Positions 12,985-26,768 are shown, counted from the first letter of the stretch. The stretch: DNA of 64,000 nt from Octopus sinensis (GCF_006345805.1 NC_042997.1:203918001-203982000); one strand, 5' to 3'. Program-made: numbers and translations. The notes: a model not told the origin generated them from the sequence alone.

Positions 12985-13163
12985 AAATACAACTATTTGT
13001 TGTGTCTGGGGAGAATCATTTTCTTTTTGTGCCTTATAATTTAACACACTCACCGGTAAAATTTCCACTTATTTCTTATTTTTATTTCCCTAGAAATTTT
13101 TCTTGCGTCTTGCAACCTTTTCAAGAGTCTTGACTCTCTCCAAAAACGAAATACAACTATTTG
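12985..13163. repeat. ~150-bp insertion bounded by a 15-bp direct repeat
   Basis: aaatacaactatttg at 12985-12999 and 13149-13163. Confidence 0.55.
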
Positions 13164-14851
13164 CCTTAACTAAAATATCATCATTTAACGTCTGTTGTTC
13201 ATGCTGGTTTGGGTTGGACAAAATATATTTAAATTCTACATGTGATACTAGTTATCATCAACATCATCTTACATCTGCTTTCCCTGCTAGCATGGGTGGA
13301 ACAGGATATGATGATTCAAGTCATTGCCCACTGGAAGTGACTGTTCACATAAACTGGTGTCTGTAAGTGCCATTCTGCTTGGCTTCTACAATGTAAAAAG
13401 CACCCTCTACACTCTCAGAGTGGTTGTCATTAGGAAGCGTATCCAACTGTAGAAATCTTGCCAAATGAGATTGGAGCCCTGGTGCAGCCTCCTGGCTTGC
13501 CAGTCCTCAGTCAAACTGCCCAACCCATGCCAGCTTGGAAAGCAGACGTTAAACGATGATGATGAAACAACAACTATATAAATATTCTTTGATCATTTTA
13601 CAGAAAATAAAGGAAATTTTGAATGCAGAATATTTTGTACCATTAAGTTGAGCAAACCCTGACAACAAATACTGTCTTCTATAATACCAAATAATAGATT
13701 TTGAAATGTGAGAACATTTTTTATAAACAAACTTTAAAATGCTGAGTGAGTATTTTACAGAAAATTAAGTAAATCTTGAATGCAGAAATATCTGTGAATA
13801 CTGCTCAGGCGATCAGGTAAATACCCTTAGAATATGAAGACAGAAAAAAAAAAGTAGCCAGCAGACCTCAACAGAAAATCATGCTCAGTACCTCTATTCT
13901 TAGAACAAATTAAATATGCAGTATTTACTATTGTTTTCTCAGCTCTAATCCATTTTAAGTTGCCTCCAGTTCATAGTGTTTCAACTGTGAAAATCTCATT
14001 TTGGAGCAATTCATTTTCAGCCACTTAAAAAAAAACATAGTACCTAACCATTGACTAGTAAACAGAAAAACATTGTTTCATCGATGATCAAACCATGTCC
14101 ATTGCATTCGCTAATGGCTTGAAAGCTCAGATCAACCTACACTAACTTACATCGACTCTATTCTCCAAAAATTTTAGTCAACAGATCTTGAAGTTATCTC
14201 TCTTATACTGAATTTTAAACACCATTAAGCGTTTCTGTCTACTAATTACAAGACCCTACAGTATTGTTTTTAAACAAGTTTTCCATAAAAACTGATTTAG
14301 TAATTCTCAATCATTTTAATGGATGTTCTGTCACCTCATTAACATATTCAAATCTTACACTTATCCTGGAATCTGACCCCACTATTACCTCTAAACTATG
14401 CTCACCATTTTCCAGGCAAATTCAGTTGACATATCCACCATGTTCATAAATAAAACCATTTAAAACTATAAAAGTAAAAAAAAATGCATTGGTTTAATTA
14501 CGAAGCATACAAAACCAGAAAAAAAATACGACAAAAAAATTATAATTCGTTGACATTTTCATTAATGTTAATTAGCTTATCATCATCCAAGACAAGCTGG
14601 CAGAAATGTTTGCACACCAAGCGAAATGCTTAGCAGTATTTCATCTGCCGTTACGTTCTGAGTTCAAATTCCGCTGAGGTCGACTTTCATCCTTTCGGGG
14701 TCGATAAATTAAGTACCAGTTACACACTGGGGTCGATGTAATTGACTTAATCCCTTTGTCTTTGTTTGTCCCTTCTATGTTTAGCCCCTTGTGGACAGTA
14801 AAGAAATAAGAAATGGATCAAAATTAATATTAATGTTTGAAATATAATTAA

Positions 14852-15237
14852 CCCTTTTGTTATAATATTTCTGTTGAAATACAGGGTCTTAGTTTCAATT
14901 AATTTTGAAAATAATGAAGAACTTAGTAAAACAATTTTGTCATTATTAAGCTGGTGTTTAGACTATCATATGAAGTTTTGATGGGAGGTCTTCATTTAAC
15001 CCTCTTTATTTATTCACAATGTTTTCAATTAATCATACATTATCTTGTAACTTTGAGATTTTGCTGATGTGACTGCTGATCTTTAGAATGATATATTGTA
15101 GGTTAGGTGCGAGACGCCATATCCAGACAGTTTAAACATAAAATAGATGGAATATTTGGGATGGATAAGGCTAGTTTAAAACAGGAAGTTTGCATCACAG
15201 AACTGGGGCGATCTCAGGCAGGCTTGTATCAAAAGGG
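14852..15237. mobile_element. piggyBac-type MITE (same family) with nested TTAA-site insertion
   Basis: TTAA-CCCTTTTG...CAAAAGGG-TTAA. The extra segment at about 14997-15180 resembles 54145-54290. Confidence 0.7.
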
Positions 15238-16917
15238 TTAATGGTGTAATTTAAGCATTTTAGTTTCTTCAGGGTGAAATGAATGTTTTTTTTTTTTTTA
15301 AATATTTACACTTTATGAAACCAAGAAAATTACAAATATCATAATAGTTATCATCATTTAACGTCCATTTTTCATGCTGGCATGTGTTGGACAATTTGAT
15401 GAGCTGGCAAGCCAGAGAGCTATACAGAGCTCCCATTATCTCTTTTGGCATGGTTTCTATGGCTGGATGCCCTTCCAAATGCCAACCACTTCAGAGAGTG
15501 TAGTGGGTCCCTTTTATGCAGCCACCTGTGTAACGTACATAATTTATTTGCACCATTGAAAGATATGATGCTGTGGGTCATGTCAGAGACAAAATATATT
15601 CAAAGACATGTTGTGTTAGAAACCCAACATATATTGTGTTTCTATCAGAACATTTCCTCATCATAATCATTTAATGTCTGTTTTCCATGAATGAATTGGA
15701 CAGTTTAACAGGAGCCAGAAAACCAGAAAACTGCACAAGGCTCTAATTGTTTCTTTTGGCATGGTTTTTATAGCTGCTGGCCCTTCCTAACACCAACCAA
15801 TTTACAGTGTGTACTGGGTGCTTTTTTATGTGACACCAGCATAGGTCCTTTTTATGTGGTACCAGCACTCGCAGGGTTGCCAAGTAGCTTGCATGACAAG
15901 GACCTCTCAAGCTGAGAGAGGGAGTGGAACCAAGAGAAGTAGCCATTTGCTAGGCAAGAGGTTGGAGTATGATGGAAGGACAGTTGTCTTACTACAGAGG
16001 AGATACATGGTTATCTCAGTAGGACAAGGAAGCGAAAGGCAGCGGGAAAGATAGTGAAAGAGAGAGGGTCTACCCACAAAGAACAATGGGATAGAGATGT
16101 TCCGTAAGAGTGTGAGGGGAGATATTTAGAGATAGCAAGTGATGGTGAGGGGAACTGGAGGAGCCTGCAGTAGGCAGTGGGTGTGATGGGGAAATGGGTT
16201 ATGGGTGATTCTTGCCAAAGATAGAACTATGTGCGTGTGTATGTGGGGGGTATGGTTGTAAAGGATGTAATTGTATGTATGGATGGCCATAATTTTACTC
16301 TTCTTCTCAGACAAAAGTCACAGCACCGTGCCTTTCAGTGGTGTATATATGTTAAGTGTAATACAAAATATATGTAGTTTGATTTAATATCGTTTCAACT
16401 TGCCTCATCTGTGCAACAGATGAGGCAAGTGTCTTCTACTGTATCCTTGGGTTGACCAAAGCCTTGTGATGTGAAAACAGCCAGATGGAAACTGAGTGGG
16501 AATATGTCAGGGAGACTATTCCTACTTTTGAGATGGTAGACTTATGGTGCCTTAAGTAGTTAGTTGCAAGCATTCAGGACAAGTCCCCAGTGTAAAGATA
16601 AAAGAGGTCTTGACCTGGGATAATGAATAATTCTTCTTCTTCTCATCAACATCTTCTAACATCTGCTTTGTATACTGGCATGAGTTAGATAGCTTGATAG
16701 GACCTGGTAAGCAAGAGAACTGCATCAGGCTCACACTGCATGCCCTTTCTAACACCAACCACTTTACAATGTACTGGGTGCTTTTTATGTAGCACTGGCA
16801 TCAGTGATTTATATGTGGTACAAGCAGGAGTAAAGACAGTCTTGTGGTTATAACGATTAAAAAAACAACAACAAAGGCAAGCGAGACAAAGTGTTATATA
16901 ATATTGAAAGCTCTCAC

Positions 16918-16986
16918 TGTTATTTTTTTCATTATGTTATCTTGTCCTTGGATACTTTCACCTTCAAATATAAGCATGGCTTGTGC
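16918..16986 (-). CDS. NUTF2: NTF2 coding exon 2 (AQAMLIFEGESIQGQDNIMKKIT)
   Basis: Acceptor ttttcttttttccAG and donor GTGAG; 69 nt, phase 0-0. Carries the FEG..xQG..I..K motif of NTF2. Confidence 0.92.
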
Positions 16987-19312
16987 CTGGAAAAAAGAAA
17001 AAAAATTTTAAAATGAGGTCTTGGAATCAACACATTTTCATAAGACAAACACAAACAGTTAAAGAAAACAATAACATTATCACAACTACAGCTATTCGCT
17101 CAGGTGTCACCTTCGTTTCATAAGGTTTTTAGGTGAATTGGCAGAGTTATTGGGGTATTGGGTAGAATGCTTGGTGATATTGGTTTTGACTCGTTGTGCT
17201 CCAAGTTCAAATCCCACTGTGGTCAAATCTGTCTTCCATCCTTTAGTTTTACACTTTACTCTTTTACTGGCTTCAGTCATTTGATTGCGGCCATGCTGAA
17301 GCACCACCTTTAGTAAACAAATCAACCCCAGGGCTTATTCTTTGTAAGTGTAGTACTTATTCAATCTGTCTCTATTGCTGAACCGCTATGTTACAGGGAC
17401 ATAAACATACCAACATTGGTTGTCAAGCGATGGAGAGGGGGGGGGGGACACACACATATACATGACGGATCTCTTTTAGTTTCTGTCTACCAAATCCACT
17501 CACAAAGCTTTGGTCGGCCCAAGGCTATAGTAGAAGATACTTGCCGAAGTTGCTACACAGTGGGACTGAACCCAGAATCATGTGGTTGGGAAGCAAGCTT
17601 CTTACCAAACAGCTACTCTTGCACCTATTTGATAAAAAAAATTCCAAACTAAGGTAGAGAAGTGGGGAAACTGCTGGAGGACTGGGCAAGATTCTGTGTG
17701 GCACCCTATCTAACTCATTATCTTTTGAAAACAAAACCTATGGTGATACTGATGCCAAGGTATCAACCAAAATTGATGTCCTTTCTCTTTGATAAACATT
17801 GGCACCATGGAGAGAGGCAATTTGATTGCAAGGCCAACTACCAATTTTTCTTAAGAACTCTTGCTCTGGTCTGCACATAAATGTGCAGAAACAATATTAA
17901 TCTTCATATGTGGAAGCCTCTCAATGTTTTATTCAAAGAATTTATGCCTGTGGCATGTAAAAAGCACCAACCGATCGTGGCCGTTGCCAGCCTCCTCTGG
18001 CCCCTGTGCTGGTGGCAAGTAAAAAGCACCCACTACACTCACAGAGTGGTTGGTGTTAGGAAGGGCATCCAGCTGTAGAAACACTGCCAGGTCAGACTGG
18101 AGCCTGGTGCAGCCTCCTGGCTTCCCAGACCCTGGTCAAACCGTCCAACCCATGCTAGCATAGAAAGCGGACGTTAAACAATGATGATGATGAGGACGTT
18201 AAACAATGATGATGATGAGGATTGCTTCAAGGCATCACCAGCAATCAAAATTTTGTCAAACCTTTTGCACTAGACAATGACAAACCAGACAACTGAATTC
18301 ATAATCATAATCGTCATCATTTAACATCTACCTTCCATGCTGGCATGAGTAGGACAGTTGGATAGGGGTCTGGCATGCAGCAGGGCTGCATCAAATTCCA
18401 ATGTCATCTTTGGAATGGTTTCTAAGGCTAGATGCCCTTCCTAAAGAAAGAAAATTTCTAACTGTAATGCTGAAACTAGACCAACAATCTTGCTTCAGAC
18501 CAGATACAATAGAACCACATCAGTGAGCAGGTTGCAGTGAGTGAGAGGAAAATTTTGACAATGAATAATGTTTTTTTGTGTTTTTTGAATGGCTACCTTG
18601 TCTTCCACACTGTAACCAGTTTACTTAATTACACTAATTATTTCACTAGTTTTAGTCATTGGACAACAGCCAGGGCAACAGAGATATAAAGATTTCAAGG
18701 ATTTTCAGATCTATTTATTGATCCACTTCCCCTATAATCTTCCCATTATAATCTCAAAATTCTTTTATGCCTCAAACACCAACTTTGTTATGAAAAGGTC
18801 AATTATTTTCCAAAATAAAATAAAAAGACTTGGACAATGCATTTCATTAGAAATATAGTGACAAAATGGGTTAATAACTTGCAAAATAAAATAAACTAGC
18901 ATAAAACATTTAATTCTTTAGAGAATTGGTTTGTTTTCATAGCTAAAATTATATTGGCCTACTTGTATCATTAGTTAACACAAATTAATAATTGTTATGT
19001 GTATATATGTGTGTGTGTGTGTTCCATTGCTGTTGACTCCAAGAGCCGAACAGGATGTGACTTTCAAGTATGTGTATGTATAAATGTATGCACACACACA
19101 CACACACAACAAATAACATCATTTATTATATTAATCTGCTTCACAATGATGCCATAAGTTAGATGAGATTTGAAACACTGTTTTAGAGTTGGTTCTCTCC
19201 TTAAATTGACTCTTACAACATACAAACATAGTGTACATCATTTTTCAAACCATGGGTGCGTGTCTGTGTATATATACAGGTCTCTATGTATGTATGTATG
19301 TATGTATGTATG

Positions 19313-19369
<57 letters not shown>

Positions 19370-19509
19370 TATATATAAAATTATAATTTAGGGTATCTAA
19401 GAGATACCACCACGCTGGAAATAGCAGCCAAACCTTGACTCTAAAGCCACATTAAATGTTCATACAGCACCAGGAGAGAAGACAAAGAGACAAAATAAAC
19501 TACTGGATA

Positions 19510-19568
19510 ATTCCAGATCCCGGATTTCTGGCTCTGCATAAGAAATGCTTTGCCTTCATCAGTGGAAT
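19510..19568 (-). ncRNA. Type I hammerhead ribozyme-like motif (variant)
   Basis: ATTCCA-CTGATGA-A-GGC aaa GCAT ttctt ATGC aga GCC-A-GAAA-TCCGGGA-TC-TGGAAT. Stems I, II and III and the core CUGAUGA/GAAA/UH are present. Position 10.1/11.1 is an A.A mismatch. Confidence 0.6.
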
Positions 19569-19589
19569 ATACTCAGATACCACATAAAT

Positions 19590-19626
<37 letters not shown>

Positions 19627-20129
19627 ACATATGAATACTTATATATACGAATGTATACATACATATATATGCACACGACCATAAATTTATTTATATATAT
19701 ATATATATATATAAATAATCCTTTTCTATAGGCACATGGCCTGAAATTTTGGAGGAGGGTTTATTTGATTATATTCACCCTAGCACTCAACTGGTACTTA
19801 TTTTATGGACCCCAAAAGGACAAAAGGCAAAGTTGATCTCAATGGAATTTGAACTCAGAATGCAAAGATGGGTGAAATACTGCTAAGCATTTTGTCCAGC
19901 AAGCTAAGAATTCTGCTACCTTGCCACCCACTTTTTTAATTTTTTTTTTTTTACATTTGCAGCTTCAGTAATGCTTACATCCACAATGCTTATAATTACA
20001 ATGCTTCAAACACATTCATATACAATGCTTCATTACACTCCACCCCAGTAGAAGCAACAATTCTAACATGTTTGAATGATGGGAGGTTAAAAAACTATCA
20101 TGACGTCTGTTATCAAGCGATCATGGGAA

Positions 20130-22505
20130 CCTTTTCAGGTGCTGAATAACATCTCTTCCTCCTGTGTTACCTCCCATATCTCTCCCAGTTTTCAGAGTTG
20201 GCACTGTAAATGTGGGCACATTGAAAGATAGGTCTAGCGAGATTGTAGAGATGCTTGAATGGAGACGTGTTGATGGATGCTGCGTACAAGAGGTAAAGGT
20301 GGAGAGGAGCAAAGCACATAGGTATAAACTCTTCTGGGAAGATAACAGTGATGGAATAGGGGGTGTGGGCATAATTCTTGCAGAAAAATGGGTGGATAAG
20401 GCCACAGAGGTAGTGAGGGTGAGTGATAGAGTACTTAAACTCAGGCTAGTTTTGCGGAATTGTATAGCTACAATTATATTTGCCTACATCCCACAAGTGG
20501 GCCTACCAAATGTACAGAAGGACCACTTTTATGATATTCTTCTGTAGGCTACGTCAAAGATGAGTGACAATGATCTCATCTTTGTGGCTGGAGGTTTTAA
20601 TGGGCATGTCAGACAGCAACCTGGTATCTTCCATGGTGTACATAGAAGCCATGGAATTGGTACCAGAAATGAAGAGGGAACTAGGCTCTTGGAGTTCTGC
20701 ATTGCAACAGCCTATTGATTTGCAACACCAACTTCAAGAAGCCAGCCTGTCACCTGACTGATTTCATTCTCACCAGACAGCAGGATGCATAGTTGCTCTT
20801 AAATACAATGACCCTCCCTGGTGAAGAATGTACCCCCCAGCATAGTCTAGTTATTTGTGACTTTAGACTCGAAACCAGAAAGGTGCCAAAAAGCAGACCA
20901 ATCTGGAAATTAAGGACTTGGAAGGTTAAGAACTCTTCACATGGTCAGAGATTTAGGGATATCCTTACTGAGAAATCTGAGGAGAGGGAGGAGGAGCTAC
21001 AGTCCTGTGACATAGAATGCAGCTGGTGCAAAGCCCCTTCCAGACTAGGGCAACATGGTGATGGAACAATACTGTAGACAGGGCCATTAGAGCAAAGAAA
21101 CAGGCCTGGAAGAGTCGGGGTAGCAAGAGACTGTATCAGATAGCCAGAAGGGAAGCTAGAAGACAGGTATATATAGCTAAAGGAGTAGCAGAAAAAAGAA
21201 GTTTGCCAATGTTCAACAATGTGAGGACCAAAGAACTGAAGTGTTTTGGATTGCAAGACAGTGTGTGAGAGAAAACTGTGATGTCAGGAGAGAAATATGT
21301 CCACATGGATGATGGTGCCCTCGCGTTTAATGGTTCTGCAAAGAAAGCGATTTGGACATGCCATTATAAAAAACTGCTGAATGTGGAGAATGAATGGGAG
21401 GAGGAGGGTCTGCCAAGGTTGACCCAATTGAGGGACCAGTTACCTGAATCAACAGTACCCTGATAGATAAAGCAATTAAGGATATGAAGACAGGGAAAGC
21501 ACCTGGCCCATCAGGGATCACCGCTGAGATGCTAAAAATATCCGGCTGGTGTGGGTTATGGTCTTGTCACCCACATCGTAAATCAGGTAGTTCATGAAGG
21601 AATCATACTCAATGACTAGTGTAGCAGCACCATAGTCAACTGCTACAAAGGTAAAGGTGATGCTTTAGATAGAACTACAGCAGTATCAAATTATTGGATC
21701 AGGTGATGAAAGTTACAGAGAGGGTCATAGCCCAACTAATTAGGGAGGGAGAGAGTTAGCGTAGATGAGTTGCAGTTTGGTTTTGTGCCAGGGAAAAGCA
21801 CCACTGATGCTATATTTCTAAGGCAACTGCAAGAGAAATACCTAGCCAAAGATAAATCTCCATACTTGGCTTTTGTTGTCTTGGAGAAAGCCTTTGACAG
21901 GGTCCTTTTAGCTGGTGGTCAATGTAGAGACTGGGGATAGACGAGTGGTTGATAAGAGCTGTACAAGCCCTGTACAGGGATGCTGTCAGTAAGGTGAGGG
22001 TTGGCAACAAGTATAGTGAAGAATTTTGGGTAGAAGTAGAGGTTCACCAAGGATCAGTCCTCAGTCCCCTCTTATCAAAGGCAATAACAAAATAATTCAA
22101 GACAGGCTGCCTGTGGGAGCTCCTCTATGCTGATGACCTTGCTCTAATAGCAGAGTCACTGCCAAAACTAGAGACGAAGTTTAGGGTATGGAAACAAGGT
22201 CTAGAAATGAAGGGCCTTAGGGTTAACCTAGCAAAAACCAAAGTCGCAATAAGTAGGAAGGCTGACAAATCACAAACCTCTTCAGGTAGATGGCCCTGCT
22301 CGATCTGTAGAAAAGGCATAAGTAGAAATGCCATACAATGTACCCAGTGTAAGCTATGGACACATAAAAGGTACAGCAATATCAAAGGAAGGTTAACTGG
22401 AAAGATGGTTTGTGTGTGGTAGATGCACAGGGGTAATAAACACTGAAGATGTACAGAAAACGGATTCCATCACATGCCAGGGGGAGAAACTAGAAGTAGT
22501 TAATA
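20130..22505 (+). mobile_element. Decayed RTE-clade LINE (APE endonuclease + RT pseudogene), antisense in NTF2 intron 1
   Basis: Endonuclease motifs RVGTVNVGTL, CCVQE and GVGIIL. RT motifs QFGFVPG.STTDA, EKAFDR, HQGSVLSPL and LLYADDLAL. Many frameshifts and stops. Confidence 0.92.
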
Positions 22506-23345
22506 GTAGATTTGGTAGACAGAAACTGAAAGATACTCCTCATATATGTACATGTGTGCACCATCATCTAGACATCACATGATGGCTGTAAATAAGCATT
22601 GCCGTCATACAATGTTTGTTTCCAATTTTTCATGTAAAACATGCCTGGTCACAGAGAAACATTGCCTTGCTCGGACACAGCATCCTGTCATAGAAAATCT
22701 GCCTCAACAAATTGCAAGCATGGGAAATTGGTTGTTGAAGGATGTTAACATTATATATATACACAAGTGAGACCGTAGACATGGCCGATGTCAGTATCAG
22801 GTCAACGACACCCAAGCAGGTAGAATGTAAAAAACACCCACTGCACTCTCAGAGCGGTTGCCATAGAAAAACCTTGCCAAATCAGATTGAAATCTGGTGC
22901 AGCTCCTTGGTTTACCAGTTTTCAGTCAAACCGTCCAACCCATGCCAGCATGGAAAACAGACATTAAATGATGGTAATGACATGCACACTTCTATGTATG
23001 TGAGATCTAAATAACACTAGTGAAATTTTAGGTTAATTTTAAAGTTTTGGCAGACTTCCAAATTGTTTTATAAGCTGTCTGTAAAATCATTTTCTTTCAA
23101 TCTCTATATTTACTGCCAATTTGTTTTGATTTTATCTCTTATTCTTTTCAGTTACTGGACTGCAGCCATACTGGGATGCCACCTCAAATGGTTTAGTCAA
23201 ACAAATTGATCCCAGTTTTTCTGAAGTCGAGTATTAACCCTATCATTCTCTTTTGCCCAACTGCTAAGTTACAGGGATGTAAACAAGTCAACAGTAGCTA
23301 TCAAGAGGTGGTGGAACAGACACACATTTTATGTGTGTGTGTATG

Positions 23346-23376
<31 letters not shown>

Positions 23377-26300
23377 ATGTACATATTATATATATACATA
23401 CATACACACACGTTGAGCTTGCCTCTTTTACCAAATCCATTCACAAGGTATTAGTTGATCCAAGACTATAGAAGATACTTGCTCAAGGTGTTATGCAATG
23501 AGAATCAATCCAAAATCACACAGCCATGTTTCAAATCATGGTTGAGCTCAACTGTTTTTCATTCTTTTGGTTTTGGACAAGTCCATCTCTAAAGATTGTG
23601 TCAACAGACATTATAACGATGTAAGGTTATACAGAAAGATTGTTTCTGTTTTTGTGTGTATGTGTGTAGACATCATCACTGTTTTAACGTCACTTTCCAT
23701 GCTTGCATGGATTGAGCAGAGTTTGGGACAGATTTTTCAAGGGCTGAATGCCCTTTCAGTTATCAACCCTTGTTTGTAAGTTAATATTTCCCCTTGGACA
23801 GGCATGTTTCTACAGAATACTGGAAATGAACTACAATTTGCAACACAATGTCAAAACAAGGAGGCATAAACGTACGTACGCGCACATATCGATGAGTGAC
23901 TTGGAAACCAAGGCATGCAATCCAATCGCCAAGGTGAAGAGTGGGACAGTGGAAACTAAAAGCCCGTTGCCCGCGCGCGTATGTGTGTGTGTGTAAAGAA
24001 TCCATTCTGTAAGGTGGTTGGTGTTAAGAAGGGCATCCAACAGTAAAAACCCTGGTCTAGTCTTCTACCTAGCCAGCCCGTCAAACCGTCCGACTCATGC
24101 CAGCATGGAAAACAGACATTAAATTATGATGAAATATATGTATGTGTGTGATGGGTTTCTTTCAGTTTCCATCTAGCAAATCCACTCACAAAGACTTGTC
24201 GGCCTGAGGTTTTAATAGCAGACACTTGCCCAAGGTGCCACGTAGTGGGAAGTGGGGGTGAGGCCGAAACTATGTGGTCGGGAGGGGAGGCAAACCTTCA
24301 AACCACAGGCGCCACGCCTGTTAGGTGAACATGAAATAGTTTGAGTGAGAAGTAGTGAAGATGCGAGGTGCTGCTGTATGAATATGGTAGACGGGGGGGG
24401 GTGAGGTAAACCCAAGAATATTTGAGACAGGATGTTAGTAAACCACCACAGAGAAAAGATAGTGTTTTAAAGATGGCGATTGATGTCTGTCTAAGGTAAG
24501 CAGAGAGTTAAACGAACTTCAAACTATGAAGAAAATTCGGCACTTTGTTATTACACTACCCTTCCAAATGAAACAAAATAAATGATAAAGGTGTCTTTTT
24601 ACGTACGGGGATATAATAAACATTTGTAAAATAATATTTTGCTTGTGGATCGGCCAAATTACGCACCATGCATTCCAATAAGATATGTCTAAACAAATCT
24701 GTGTCCCATAAGTTTTCAATATAGTTTTCTTTATAGCCTGATTCACAACTTAAATTGAAGGATTCAAACATAAAAAGAATTATAAACAATACGTAGGGGA
24801 TTTTATAAAGTCATTACTTTATAAAAACAATACATTATATTATTTGTTTCTTCAAGTCAAACGAAGAAGCGGCTAAAATGTTACATCATTTGTGGGTCTT
24901 ACTCGAAATAGACTTTTCGTTCCCACGACAAACCAATTAACCCCAAATTTGAATCACACACATTGAAAGAGACCTTCATACATATGAGTGATATATTAGT
25001 ATCACTTATTGATCATCATCCGATCTACAACAGTTCTATACATATTATCACGTAGATTCTGATTAGACGCAATAATTTGGGGATATATTTATTTGATAAT
25101 TGATTCTCAATTAAAAGGACATTTTGTTTAAACGTTTAACCCCACCCGACCCCATACTTTAAGCTATTTAATGGACATCAATGCATCACAGTCTACATTT
25201 TAGTCAAACCCGATTCATAATCAATATTGATTGTTGATGAAACATTTATAGAAATAGACAAATCAATGATTGAATCGGCGGCCCCATGTTTGTCATAATT
25301 ACATTGACTCCAGCTGGATTTGAAGTCAGATCACTGTAGAATTTACTAAAATTCACAAAGAAGTGCTATTAATCTACAGATTTTTTCTATCATTTGATCT
25401 TTAAAACATAAAAATCATGGATTAAATGAATGAAAATATTTTTTCCCCAAAAGATATTTTCTCCACTCAGAATTGCAAGCAATCATCAAATATCTTCAAT
25501 GTAACCAAAGTCAGACACTAATACAAAGAAACAACGGTTGAGTAATTCCTCGACCGTTATCATGTGGGTTTAATTACATCACCGACGACTTGATATCAAC
25601 CCTAACATTTGCTTAAAATACATTCGAAATTTCTTGAACAGCATATACAAAACATACATGAAAATATATCGATTAGTGTATATTTATGATTAAGATGAGG
25701 GAAAAACTAATGCTTAATACGATATGCAATGGAATCATCTGTCCGTTGTTTATTAGCAATGACTGATGTTTTGACGATGTTTCTAGAATTGAAGAGAAAC
25801 AGGCATTATGGAGGTTCTCGCAAAAGAATCAAGGAAAGATAGGAGTTTACTAAATTACCAGAAGAATAAACTATATTGTAATTAACTGTGGCAAATATAT
25901 CTTTGCAAAATTTCCCCAATATCAATAGGTTCTCCGACGATTTGAATTGAGTGATTATTTTAATGTATAAAAGCGAAACATGTGTTTAACGTCCCTGGTC
26001 GGCCGACACGTGTTGTTTATTAGGATATCTAAATCAACACTGACAATAAATTACTAATTGTTGTAATCAAAATGATGCGAATTAATAGGAATTCACATTT
26101 TATAAGATTGTCAATAAAACATTTTTTCCCTGGCTTTCAACTTCCACAAACTGTCTGACGAGGCTTCTAGAAATACATCGCACTATAAACAGCTAATTGT
26201 ATTAAGCAAACGAAAACCCTGGTAACCATGTTATGTTATAAATATATTCTCTCGCTCGGTTTGATGCACTGACTGCTTACACAGGTGTACAAGACGTGAC

Positions 26301-26660
26301 ATTGATGGTTTTTTCTGATATTTAAGTGAGCTGGTGTGATCACAATAACGGAGAATTGGTCCCGCGACGAACAACGGCAGAAGAAGAGACATTTGTAAAA
26401 CAAAAGATTCTACAGATAATGATCGTTAATATAGCAGCTGGCTTCTTACAAACATATCGAAGATTGGAATGTTAACGGAATGTCTTTTTTTTTTCTTACT
26501 CAATTTAAAATCTGAGATTTCTCTCAAAGGAAATTTCTGTCAGTTTAAGTAAAGTTTTTCCCACCGACCACACGTTCGAGTGCACTGACTTAAGAACCGC
26601 TAGAAACAAAAATACTGCACATGTCTGACCGTCCCAATTGAGGAGGTAGGTACAACTTAC

Positions 26661-26768
26661 ATGGTAGACTCCTCTTAAATGGCATCGAAATTCCACACAA
26701 TCGAAATAATTGTAATAATGCTCCACGAATTTCTCCGCAATCGTTGTATAACTGCCTGGGAAGGCCAT
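26661..26768 (-). CDS. NUTF2: Nuclear transport factor 2, coding exon 1 (MAFPGSYTTIAEKFVEHYYNYFDCVEFRCHLRGVYH)
   Basis: ATG at 26768 in context acaaagATGG. Matches the NTF2 N-terminal helix pattern (I..xFV.xYY..FD). Ends at a phase-0 donor GTAAGT (26660), the same intron position as in human NUTF2. Confidence 0.92.

Noticed and set aside
26150-26185. Other CTGANGA...GAAA matches (26155, 6465, 27592, 32463, 19145)
   Set aside because: No convincing stem I/II pairing, or the core is too damaged.
24500-26500. Nested gene or box C/D snoRNA in the repeat-poor part of NTF2 intron 1
   Set aside because: I found no recognisable ORF and no properly spaced C/D boxes with a terminal stem by eye. It is better explained as promoter-proximal sequence.
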